In this document: piece by piece, positions 18,598 through 27,194 of the stretch
How positions within the stretch are numbered: position 1 is the stretch's first letter
Layout of the letters: every line of letters starts with the position of its first letter
From: Deltaproteobacteria bacterium
Lineage (GTDB): Bacteria > Myxococcota_A > UBA9160 > SMWR01
DNA: 34,639 nucleotides
Direction: 5' to 3'
NCBI GenBank assembly: GCA_024640705.1
Contig: JAHEEJ010000004.1
Coordinates: 1-34,639, forward strand
The notes under the pieces: model-generated
The model's input: only the letters and a program-made list of their open reading frames with translations
The model's database searches: none
Told to the model about the DNA's origin: nothing
Position numbers and translations under genes: made by a program

Positions 18598-18895
18598 GCC
18601 GGCGCTGTTCGCCTGGAATTCGGTTCACGGCACGCGTGCTGCTTGGCGGGGAGTCGGGGGGAAGGGGCATTCGCTCAGGCCCATGTCGCTCACACCCCTT
18701 CCCCCCGACTCCCCTGCGGACCCGCTTGCCCGCGTGAAGGCAAACCCGCGTATTCCAGGGCCGCCTTCGAAGAGAGCGTTACGTGGGTGCGGTGAGGGGA
18801 GGCCAGCGGGCGACATGGGGTTTGAGCCCGATGGTCTCCCCTCACCGCACCCAGGCGGCCATCCAATAGAAAGGGCCGTCACTGACGGCGCTGGC
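18598..18895 (+). ncRNA. Candidate structured RNA (or REP-doublet-like element): two long hairpins with mutually complementary loops
   Basis: Perfect 20-bp inverted repeat 18648-18667/18695-18714. 22-bp inverted repeat 18784-18805/18832-18853 with one G-U. Loops complementary (18673-18691 with 18808-18827). Extra stems 18612-18619/18752-18759 and 18598-18609/18884-18895. Family not recognised. Confidence 0.55.
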
Positions 18896-18905
18896 GGGGC
18901 CCCAG

Positions 18906-19244
18906 TTAACCGGGTGGCCAATTCAGGGGGCGGCCTCCGAGGATGTGGAGGTGGAGGTGGAAGACGGTTTGGCCTGAGCCGGCTCCGTTGTTGATGACGA
19001 CGCGGTAGTTCTCCAGGCCGGCCTCCGCGGCCACCCGATTGGCGACCAGCAGCAGGTGGCCGAGCAGCGATTCGTCGCCTTGCTCCGCGGCGGACAAGCT
19101 CTCGATCGGTTTTCTCGGGATGACCAGCAGGTGGGTCGGCGCAACCGGGTTGACGTCCCGGAAGGCCAGCGCGCGATCGTCCTCATAGACGACGTCTGCG
19201 GGGATCTCTCCGCGCTCGATTCTTCCGAAGATCGTGTCGGCCAT
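18906..19244 (-). CDS. hinT: Histidine triad (HIT) nucleotide-binding protein, HinT-like
   Basis: [54 protein letters not shown]. Confidence 0.95.
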   Translation of the reverse strand: MADTIFGRIERGEIPADVVYEDDRALAFRDVNPVAPTHLLVIPRKPIESLSAAEQGDESLLGHLLLVANRVAAEAGLENYRVVINNGAGSGQTVFHLHLHILGGRPLNWPPG

Positions 19245-19490
19245 CGAAGACCATGAAGCCTGCCGGAACGGGCACTTACGCGCAACCTACCCGCGGGGAA
19301 ACAGCACCACCTCAAGTCGATGGGCGATTCCCCCGACCCCTCACCCGCCCGGTCCCGCGCGCCGACTGCGCGCGGTTCCAGCTGCGCCAATTTCAGGGGG
19401 GGATTGGCGTCGGAGTTGTCAGGCGCGGATCACCGGGCTAAGGATGAGCCCCATTCGCCGGGTGCCTTCCCGCCAACGGAGCTGAAAACT

Positions 19491-22316
19491 TTGGGTAAAG
19501 CGCTCGTCATCACCGAAAAGCCCAGCGTCGCACGCGATATCACCGGCGTGCTCGGCGGCTTCACCGAACACGACGGCTACTTCGAGAACGATACCCACGT
19601 CGTGACCTTTGCGGTCGGGCACCTCTTCGAGTTGCTCACACCCGAGGAAGTGGACGACAAATACAAGCGCTGGACGCTCGACGCGCTGCCGATTTTGCCG
19701 GACGAATTCCAGCTGAAGCCGAAGAAGGGCCAGAGCGAGCGAATCCGAACGATCAAAAAACTCTTGCAGCGCGACGATGTCGACAGCGTCGTCAACGCGT
19801 GTGACGCGGGGCGCGAGGGAGAACTGATCTTCCGCGAAATCGTCGACACCCTGAACTCGAAAAAGCCGGTTCGCAGGCTCTGGCTCCAGTCGATGACCAG
19901 CACTGCGATCCGCAAGGGTTTCGAGGATTTGCAGCCGGGTTCGGAGTTCGATGGTCTCGCGGCCTCCGCGGCGTGTCGCGCCCAGAGCGATTGGATGATC
20001 GGCATGAACGCGACGCGCGCACTCACCAAGCGCCTGAAGAGCCGCAAGGAAAAGACCGCCTGGTCGGCGGGGCGCGTGCAGACGCCAACCCTCGCGATGT
20101 TGGTCGATCAGGAGTTCAAGATCCTGGCCCACGTGCCGCGCCCGTATTGGCAGGTGCTCGCCAGCTTCGATCACGACGGCAATACCTATCAGGGGACCTG
20201 GTTCGATCCGAGCTTCAAGGCGGGCGAAGACGCCGAACTCAAGGACGACCGGATCTTCGACGAGAAACGCGCGGCGGCCATCGTCGCTGCGATCGCCGGT
20301 CAAGCGGCGATCGCCGAAGAGACCCGCAAACCCTCCCGGGAATCTGCGCCGACGTTATTCAACCTGACGAGCTTGCAGCGCGAGGGAAACCGACGCTTCG
20401 GTTGGTCGGCACGACGAACGCTGAGTGCCGCACAGCGCTGTTACGAGCGCCACAAGATTCTCACCTACCCCAGAACCGACTCGAATTGTCTGCCCAATGA
20501 TTATCGAGAAGTCGTCGACGAGACGATTGCCAGTTTCGCCAACGGCGCGGGGCAGCTCGGCGGCGAATTTTCCGAATACGCAGCGGCGGCCGCTCAGCTC
20601 GAGAAGGCGGGGCTCGTCAATGCCGAGCGGACGTTCGACGACTCGAAGGTCTCCGACCACTTTGCGGTGATTCCGACTGGAACCCTGCCCGAGGCTCCGC
20701 TGACCGGTGACGACAAGCGCCTCTTCGATCTCGTGGTCCGACGTTTTCTCGGGAACTTCTTTCCGCCGGCTGTCTGGGAGCGCGTCGAGCGCGTGACCGA
20801 TGTCCAGGGCGAGAAGTTCCGCACCCGTGCGCGCTCACTCAAGGAAGCGGGCTGGCGCACGGTGCTTCCGCCTGCGAGCGAGGACACGGAGATCGCGGTG
20901 CTCGATCCGCTGGTGCCGGGCGAGAACGCCGCGAGTGGAGTTGCCGTGCGCACGGTTTCAACCGAATCGGCGTCCGACGAGACCCGCCCGCCCGCCCGAA
21001 TTACCGAGGCGCGCCTGCTCTCGTTGATGGAAAACGCCGGCAAGCTCGTGGAGGACGAAGATCACGCCGCGGCGATCGACGAAAAGGGCATCGGCACGCC
21101 GGCGACCCGCGCGGATGTGATCGAGAACCTGATCGCCAAGGGCTACGTGGTGAGGGTCGCGAAGGCGTTGCGGCCGAGCGTGAAGGGGATCCGGCTGATC
21201 GACACCCTCCACCGCATCAACATCGCCCGCCTGACTTCTCCGGAACTCACGGGCGAGATCGAGCACCACCTGCTCGAAGTCGAGCGCGGCTCGCGCAAGG
21301 CGGCGGATTTCATGACCGAGATCACGAATTACGCCTGTGAGATCGTCGAAACCGCGAAGACCTTCGAGTATGAAGACCTCTACGATACGAAGACTCCGCT
21401 CGGCAAATGCCCGTCCTGTGGCAAGCCGGTCTTCGAGATGGCCTGGTTCTATCGCTGCGTCGAAGAACCCGGTGTCGAGCGCGAGGACGATTGCCCGATG
21501 CGATTCTGGAAGGACACCTCGGGGCGCTACCTCGATCGCGACGCCGTTTCGGCGCTGCTGCGCGATGGCAAGACCGGGACCCTGGACGGTTTTACGGCGC
21601 GCAACGGCCGCACCTACAAGGGTTACATCGAAGTCGACCACGACGAGTGGAAACTCGTGGTGAAGTCGCTCGGCTACAACGAGGGCGAGGGTGTCAGTGA
21701 ACTCGTCGAATACGACGTGAATCCCGATCCGCTGGGCCCGTGCCCGTTCGGCGAAGGCTGCTCGATCGTCGAGTCGCCCACGCATTACCTCTGCGAGCGC
21801 CAACTCAAGATCGATCAACTCAAGACGGAGAAGGCCGAAAGGGGCGAGCCGAAACTGCCCAAGGGCGAGAAGGATCCCGAAATCGAGGCGCTTCCCAAGG
21901 GTTGTGGCTTCGTGTTCCCGCGAACGGTCTGCAAGCGGGAAATCACTCGGGACGAAGCCGAAGTCTACCTCGCCAACCGCAAGACTGATTTGTTGGAAGA
22001 TTTTACTTCGCGGTTCGGCCGACCGTTCTCGGCAATTCTGGTTCTCAAGGAAACGGGCCGGCACGGTTTCGAGTTCCCGCCCCGCAAGCCCCGCGCTGGC
22101 AAGGCGGGGGAAGACGGGGACGCCACGACGAAACGCAAGAAGAAGACGACCAAGAAGAAGACGAAGAAAAAGACGACCAAGAAAAAGACGACGAAGAAAA
22201 AGACGACCAAGAAGAAGACGGCCAAGAAAAAAACGGCCAAGAAAAAGACGACCAAGAAGAAGGCTGTGAAAAAGAAGGCCGCCAAGAAGAAGACGGCCGC
22301 CGAACCGCCCTCCTAG
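19491..22316 (+). CDS. topB: Type IA DNA topoisomerase III (TopB-like) with C-terminal Cys/repeat domains and Lys-rich tail
   Basis: TTG start at 19491 (LGKALVITEKPSVA). TOPRIM DAGREGELIF, SAGRVQTPTL, catalytic LTYPRTDS, GIGTPATRA. C-terminal CPSC/CPFGEGC motifs and GKTGTLDGFTARNGRTY-type repeats. Confidence 0.9.
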   Translation: MGKALVITEKPSVARDITGVLGGFTEHDGYFENDTHVVTFAVGHLFELLTPEEVDDKYKRWTLDALPILPDEFQLKPKKGQSERIRTIKKLLQRDDVDSVVNACDAGREGELIFREIVDTLNSKKPVRRLWLQSMTSTAIRKGFEDLQPGSEFDGLAASAACRAQSDWMIGMNATRALTKRLKSRKEKTAWSAGRVQTPTLAMLVDQEFKILAHVPRPYWQVLASFDHDGNTYQGTWFDPSFKAGEDAELKDDRIFDEKRAAAIVAAIAGQAAIAEETRKPSRESAPTLFNLTSLQREGNRRFGWSARRTLSAAQRCYERHKILTYPRTDSNCLPNDYREVVDETIASFANGAGQLGGEFSEYAAAAAQLEKAGLVNAERTFDDSKVSDHFAVIPTGTLPEAPLTGDDKRLFDLVVRRFLGNFFPPAVWERVERVTDVQGEKFRTRARSLKEAGWRTVLPPASEDTEIAVLDPLVPGENAASGVAVRTVSTESASDETRPPARITEARLLSLMENAGKLVEDEDHAAAIDEKGIGTPATRADVIENLIAKGYVVRVAKALRPSVKGIRLIDTLHRINIARLTSPELTGEIEHHLLEVERGSRKAADFMTEITNYACEIVETAKTFEYEDLYDTKTPLGKCPSCGKPVFEMAWFYRCVEEPGVEREDDCPMRFWKDTSGRYLDRDAVSALLRDGKTGTLDGFTARNGRTYKGYIEVDHDEWKLVVKSLGYNEGEGVSELVEYDVNPDPLGPCPFGEGCSIVESPTHYLCERQLKIDQLKTEKAERGEPKLPKGEKDPEIEALPKGCGFVFPRTVCKREITRDEAEVYLANRKTDLLEDFTSRFGRPFSAILVLKETGRHGFEFPPRKPRAGKAGEDGDATTKRKKKTTKKKTKKKTTKKKTTKKKTTKKKTAKKKTAKKKTTKKKAVKKKAAKKKTAAEPPS
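22137..22296 (+). repeat. Imperfect 15-bp coding tandem repeat (AAGAAGAAGACGACC-like) encoding KKKTT/KKKTA/KKKAA
   Basis: Visible in the DNA and in the protein: KKKTTKKKTKKKTTKKKTTKKKTTKKKTAKKKTAKKKTTKKKAVKKKAAKKKT. Confidence 0.9.
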
Positions 22317-22408
22317 CGCTTCGGTTCGTCGCCGCGCTGATCGCGATTTCCCCTGTTTCCGTCTCGGATCCGAGTTGAAGCTCGGAGAGATCGCCTGGCA
22401 ACTCGAGT

Positions 22409-22423
22409 TGGCCTAGAAGTTGC
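22409..22423 (+). promoter_or_regulatory. Possible sigma-54 (-24/-12) promoter upstream of the DUF1302-like gene
   Basis: TGGCCTAGAAGTTGC has the TGGC-N7-TTGC spacing of the consensus and lies about 210 bp upstream of ATG 22635. Confidence 0.35.
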
Positions 22424-22634
22424 CGATTTTGCATCAAAACTCGTTGTCATCGGAATCATCTCACGGTAATAACTCCGAGTGGGTCTCCGGGGGGAAGACC
22501 TCAGCCACACCGAGGTGTCGGGCCGACTCGAGGCAGGCTGTCGGATCTCGACCCCAGCATTCGGTAGGCGCCTCCGCAGGCCAACGCGTTTCGCTGCGGG
22601 GGTGTCGGCGTTGGGGGGATTCGCGGCGCTGCAG

Positions 22635-25600
22635 ATGCGTAGGCTGCTGGCTTCGGCCGCGGTGTCGATCGCCGCGTTCGCCCTGGGCCTGGCTCCCACC
22701 CGTTCCGAGGCTCTCGAGTATTTCGACGGACGCATTCAGGCCCACGGTTTCGGCGAGATGCAGGTCCGCGTCCTCGACGAAAGTTTCGGCGACAATCTCG
22801 ACCTCGCGCAGTGGTACAACGTTCTCAATCTCGAGGTAGAAGTCGACGTTCTACCCAACGGCTGGGGTCCGATCGATCTGCTCCAGACCTACGTGCGCGT
22901 CGAAGGCCGTTACGATTGCGTCTGGAAACGCGGTTGCGGAATGTTCCGTTCCGTCAACACCTATGGGGATCGGGCCAAGAGACTTCCGGATCGACTCAGC
23001 GATGGGATGACCCAGGACTACACGGGCGTGCTAAGGACAGGCCCGTCTACCGACGACAACCCCCACAATGACGTTCAGACGCTCAACGGCGATCGCCGCG
23101 CAGACGGCTCGGTGATTCCGAACCGAGGCGCATTCGACCTCTGGAGAATTCGGGACATCGAAGGCGCCGACGGCATCCCCAACACGGCCGATGATCCCTT
23201 TCGTTACACGATGTCCGACTACCTCGACTTCGTATTCACTTCCACCGCGCGCCGCGGAGCGGATGGGGGCATCTTGCAGAAGGCCGTTCTCGGGCCCTGG
23301 TTGCCGAAGAATTCGGTCGACGCCAACGCGGCGCTTCGGGACAAGGCCAATCCCTTTCGAGGCCGGCTGACGCCGTCTCCGGGTGGGGGTGAATCCGGCT
23401 ACATCCGCTGGCATTCCGCGGATCCGATCGTGAACCCCGGCTATGGGGGGCCGACGGACGACGACAATCCGTTCTTCGGCAACTACGACGAAGTCGATCC
23501 GTTTCCCGAAGAACTGATCGAATTTCTTCCACCGGACCTCGTCGAGCCCGGGACCCAGACTCCCGGAACGTTTCTGCTCTCCAACGGTGCCGAAGTGGTT
23601 CTGACGGAACAGACCGCGGATCAATATCGCAACAAGGGAACGAACGCATTCGGTGGTGATTACACCGGGGTGTCTCCCTGCGTGGTGCCCGGAAGCAGCC
23701 AGGCTGCGATTCAAGAGGCCCGCGGAATCCAGCCCGGCTGCGTGCCCTTTACCAACGTGCGCGTCACCGGCGGAACCGGCGAGCTTCCGCTGCGGCCCGC
23801 GCCGGACGTGAGTCACCTCGTGAAACACGTCGGTCCGGGGACCGCGCAGGGCCTCTACGTGCCCAGCCAGGGCCTGATGCGGTTCTACGAGAACAGTGAT
23901 TTCGACAGCCTCGACCTGAATTTCGACGAATCGGAACTCTCGTGGAACCGCGGTGCGAGTCAGCAGAACACCAAGGAGTTGAAGGAGGCCTACGTCGAGA
24001 CCAGTCTCTTCGACAATCGGCTCTGGATGCGCCTCGGGCTTCAGCAGATCGTCTGGGGCAAGACGGAGCTGTTTCGAACCACCGACCAGTTCAACCCGCA
24101 GGATCTCGGGCTGTCCACGCTCTCGAGCCTCGAAGAGTCTCGCATTGCGACGACCTCGGCGCGATTCATCTACTCGCTCTACGACGTGGGTGTGCTGGAG
24201 GATGTCCGGCTCGAGTTCGCGTTGAATTTCGGCGAGATGGAGCCTGCAGACCTCGGTGTATGCGGGGAGGCCTATGCGGTCCCCGTGGCTTGTGATCTGT
24301 CTGCCGCGGCCTTCAATCACGGCATCATCGGGGCCGGGATCGCCGGCTCCGAGCGCCCTCCCGATCCGTGGGACGATCCCGACGGGCTCGAGTTCGGCGC
24401 GAGGATCGAGTGGCGCTGGGATCGATTCAGTTTCGCGTTGACCGACTTCTACGGTTACAACGACTTTCCGACGCTCGAGCAGTTCATGACCTACGAGCGC
24501 AACGCGGACGTCTTGACGGGGCGCCCGATCATCACGCGGTTCAATCCCGGAAATCCGAGGGGCAATTGCGCGAACGCGCTGGTAACGGATCCGAAAGACC
24601 AGAATTCCGTGACAGCGTTCGGGATCGGGACGGATCCGGATTGTCTCGGATTCGGTACACCGCTGACGAATCCGGGGTCTGCGAACAATGCACTGGAGTG
24701 GCACTCTGCCAATCAACAGGCCTTCGCGTGGCTCTGTTCTTCGACGATCGGGATCACGCCGGAACTCGACGCGCGGGCGTGCGCGCTGAATCTTTTCAAT
24801 AGCTCGGAACGGCTTGGCGGGTTTCCGGTCTCGCTCTCGGAGGTCTCGTCGTCGCTCTTTGCGGGCGAGTATCGGTTCAACAGCTTCTTCGCGGTGACCA
24901 CCCAGTTGATCGGAGAGACCGCGCTGGCCGGGCCGACGCCCGCGCAATCGATCAATCGGGACGCCAACGACGGTTTCATCACCTCGATCCTGGGTTCGGA
25001 TCTCGATTGTGTCGACTCGACGGGTGCTGTCGTGGGGCGGAGTCCGGGTTGCAACGTGCTCTCGTCCAACGCGGCGATCAACCGCGGACCCATCGGGGGC
25101 AACGTGCTCGCGAAGCAGCTCCCGACCGGGGAGGACTATTTCACGCTGGACAGCGGCCTCACCAATGAACAGCGGGCGTTGCTCGGCTGTGGGCCTTTTT
25201 TTGGCACCCGATGCGACTCCTCGGTGACCTTTGCGATCAACGACTGCGATCCCTCGACGCTAGAGGGCTGCACCGTTTTCGAAGCCAGTCGCCGCGGGTT
25301 CTTCGACGCTGTCATCCCCGGGACCGCACAGCCCGGCGGTGGCATCGACCTGCTCAACATGGAAGCGAGCGCGATCATGCAGTCCTTTCCCGGCTTCGAC
25401 GGAACGCCGAGGGGATACATCACGACGAGTCGCGCTGCGGCACCGGGCACGATCGACTTCGAGGGCGGGCCGGTCTGCACCCGTTACGTTCCGGGCCAGG
25501 CCAGGCCCGTCAAGCTGCCCGGTTGCAGGGGGATCGACAGCTACGAAATCACCAACACCGATGTGATCTTTACCTTCGAAAAGGGTTACGACCCGAGGGT

Positions 25601-26951
25601 CGACGGGTGTTTGCTGGCGCCGACGATCGCAACCCACAACGTCGTGACCCTCGACTCCGAGGGAAACGACATCACGGGTTCGGATGGGATGCGATCCTGC
25701 TTCGGCCAGTTGGCGCCGTCGACAGGCGACTTCGATCCTTCGGGCCCGGCGCCATCGACGAACCGGCCCTGTAACGATTTCGTCGACGATGCAGCCTGCC
25801 GGGCCGAAGTCGCGGAATATCTCGACAAGCGCAATTCGGATAGCTGGCGCGGCGACTACACCGAGACGGGCTCGAATGCGAGGTTTCAGCACGCGTCCAC
25901 GTTGTACCATCCGACGGCGGGCTGTCTGAGCGATGCCGAGATCGCGCGGCAGCAGCGACTGTCTCCCGAGGATGGGCCGCGCTGCAACTTCGTTCCGAGT
26001 TCTTCCGGAGCGGTGATCTCTCGTAACTACGACGAGGAATTCCTCGCCGGTACCGCGCAGATCTTCCAGAACGAACTGGCCGCGGTCTCGTGGAATTTCG
26101 CAATGGGCCTGGTGATCACCTCTGCCTGTACGACGGAGAGGGGCAAGAAGACGAATCCCGAGTGCTTCGATGCAGAGCACCCTTGGGTGTTGAACAAGTG
26201 TTCGTTCAACCAGCCTCAATTCTGCAAGAAGGTCAAAGAGTTCTTCGACATGGGTGGCGTTCGGCGCAATACCCGACGCGCGGGGGCGAAGGGTCCATTC
26301 GGGCGCCGCACCTTCCTGTGGCAGAGCGGAAGCGAAGTGGTGCAGACATACGACAGACGCAACGTGTTCGGCTTCTCGATGGATTTTCCCGAAGACCGGA
26401 CCAAATCGAACTGGGGTGTCGAGTTCGCGTGGTTCGACTCTGTTCCGGTCTACGACGCCAACGAATTCGACAGCCTCACCAACGTCGATTTGCTGAACGT
26501 CACCGTATCCATCGACCGGCCGACCTTCATCAACTTCCTGAATCCGAATCGAACCTTCTTCTTCAACACCCAGTGGTTCTTCCAATACGTCAAGGGCCAC
26601 CGCAGCGGGATGGGTCCGCACGGCCCGTTCAGCGCGATGTTCACCACCACGATCATGACCGGTTACTTCCAGGACCGCTTGAATCCGTCTCTGGTGACCA
26701 TCTACGACATCAACTCGCGTTCCGGGGGCGTGTTGCCGTCGATCCAGTACCGGTTCACCGAATCGTTTTCGGCAGCCGTCGGAATGGGGATCTTCTTCGG
26801 CCGCACCGAGCTATCCGAAATGGCCATCAATCCGTTCCGTCCCGCCACCAACCGCGTCGGAAAGGACGCCTACAAAGACAGTTCCGAGCACTTCCTGTCG
26901 AGCGTCCGCCGCCGCGACGAAATCTGGATGCGCCTACGCTGGACGTTCTGA
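22635..26951 (+). CDS. Very large DUF1302-like outer-membrane beta-barrel protein with Cys-rich insertions
   Basis: Signal MRRLLASAAVSIAAFALGLAPTRSEA (ATG 22635; track start 22479). ELKEAYV...MRLGLQQIVWGKTELFRTTDQFNPQD motif. C-terminal beta-signal RDEIWMRLRWTF. Adjacent to a DUF1329-like gene. Confidence 0.75.
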   Translation: MRRLLASAAVSIAAFALGLAPTRSEALEYFDGRIQAHGFGEMQVRVLDESFGDNLDLAQWYNVLNLEVEVDVLPNGWGPIDLLQTYVRVEGRYDCVWKRGCGMFRSVNTYGDRAKRLPDRLSDGMTQDYTGVLRTGPSTDDNPHNDVQTLNGDRRADGSVIPNRGAFDLWRIRDIEGADGIPNTADDPFRYTMSDYLDFVFTSTARRGADGGILQKAVLGPWLPKNSVDANAALRDKANPFRGRLTPSPGGGESGYIRWHSADPIVNPGYGGPTDDDNPFFGNYDEVDPFPEELIEFLPPDLVEPGTQTPGTFLLSNGAEVVLTEQTADQYRNKGTNAFGGDYTGVSPCVVPGSSQAAIQEARGIQPGCVPFTNVRVTGGTGELPLRPAPDVSHLVKHVGPGTAQGLYVPSQGLMRFYENSDFDSLDLNFDESELSWNRGASQQNTKELKEAYVETSLFDNRLWMRLGLQQIVWGKTELFRTTDQFNPQDLGLSTLSSLEESRIATTSARFIYSLYDVGVLEDVRLEFALNFGEMEPADLGVCGEAYAVPVACDLSAAAFNHGIIGAGIAGSERPPDPWDDPDGLEFGARIEWRWDRFSFALTDFYGYNDFPTLEQFMTYERNADVLTGRPIITRFNPGNPRGNCANALVTDPKDQNSVTAFGIGTDPDCLGFGTPLTNPGSANNALEWHSANQQAFAWLCSSTIGITPELDARACALNLFNSSERLGGFPVSLSEVSSSLFAGEYRFNSFFAVTTQLIGETALAGPTPAQSINRDANDGFITSILGSDLDCVDSTGAVVGRSPGCNVLSSNAAINRGPIGGNVLAKQLPTGEDYFTLDSGLTNEQRALLGCGPFFGTRCDSSVTFAINDCDPSTLEGCTVFEASRRGFFDAVIPGTAQPGGGIDLLNMEASAIMQSFPGFDGTPRGYITTSRAAAPGTIDFEGGPVCTRYVPGQARPVKLPGCRGIDSYEITNTDVIFTFEKGYDPRVDGCLLAPTIATHNVVTLDSEGNDITGSDGMRSCFGQLAPSTGDFDPSGPAPSTNRPCNDFVDDAACRAEVAEYLDKRNSDSWRGDYTETGSNARFQHASTLYHPTAGCLSDAEIARQQRLSPEDGPRCNFVPSSSGAVISRNYDEEFLAGTAQIFQNELAAVSWNFAMGLVITSACTTERGKKTNPECFDAEHPWVLNKCSFNQPQFCKKVKEFFDMGGVRRNTRRAGAKGPFGRRTFLWQSGSEVVQTYDRRNVFGFSMDFPEDRTKSNWGVEFAWFDSVPVYDANEFDSLTNVDLLNVTVSIDRPTFINFLNPNRTFFFNTQWFFQYVKGHRSGMGPHGPFSAMFTTTIMTGYFQDRLNPSLVTIYDINSRSGGVLPSIQYRFTESFSAAVGMGIFFGRTELSEMAINPFRPATNRVGKDAYKDSSEHFLSSVRRRDEIWMRLRWTF

Positions 26952-27051
26952 ACCATCGCGCTTCAAAACCCGGAACCCTCTCCTGAAAACCAACGGACCG
27001 CGTTGCCGAGCGTGGGAAGCCAACGCGCGGAATGGTTCCCTGAGCACGATG

Positions 27052-27192
27052 GCCCGCGCAGACCCGCCGGGTAACGCGCCTCCCAGTACTAACTGGTCTT
27101 CCTCAATCATCAGCGCCCCAAACTGACGAGACCCGGCCAACTGGGCCCCCGCCTGTGGGACGTAGCGCGTCACCCAGCAGGTCTGCGCGGGC
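27052..27192 (-). other. 141-nt rod-like hairpin (structured 3' UTR, processing site or small RNA)
   Basis: 28-bp stem 27052-27079/27165-27192, continuous only on the - strand (three G-U pairs there are A-C/C-A mismatches on +). Inner stems UCCCA/UGGGA and UCGUCAG/CUGAUGA. Confidence 0.5.
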
Positions 27193-27194
27193 AG

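Noticed and set aside
18625-18994. Small ORFs 18625..18921- and 18683..18994+ across the structured intergenic element
   Set aside because: Pro/Gly-rich translations explained by the G/C-run hairpins; no convincing RBS or motif, and both overlap hinT.
19355-19410. Hairpins CGCGCGC/GCGCGCG and CGCCAAT/ATTGGCG in the hinT-topB divergent region
   Set aside because: Short stems plausible by chance at this GC content; no recognisable RNA motif.
22137-22296. Tandem repeat as a possible CRISPR array or non-coding VNTR
   Set aside because: No spacers; it is in-frame coding sequence for the Lys-rich topoisomerase tail.
1292-26621. Numerous long overlapping ORFs (e.g. 1292..2863-, 7652..9268-, 14602..15990+, 23031..24947-, 25260..26621-)
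   Set aside because: Arg/Gly-rich, motif-free shadow frames expected in high-GC DNA; each overlaps a well-supported gene.
27095-27135. CUGAUGA...GAAG on the - strand resembling a hammerhead ribozyme core
   Set aside because: The required GAAA and stem II are missing, and CUGAUGA is itself paired with UCGUCAG.
26934-27173. 79-aa minus-strand ORF in the DUF1302/DUF1329 spacer
   Set aside because: No motif or clear RBS; it starts inside the long hairpin and overlaps the end of the barrel gene.
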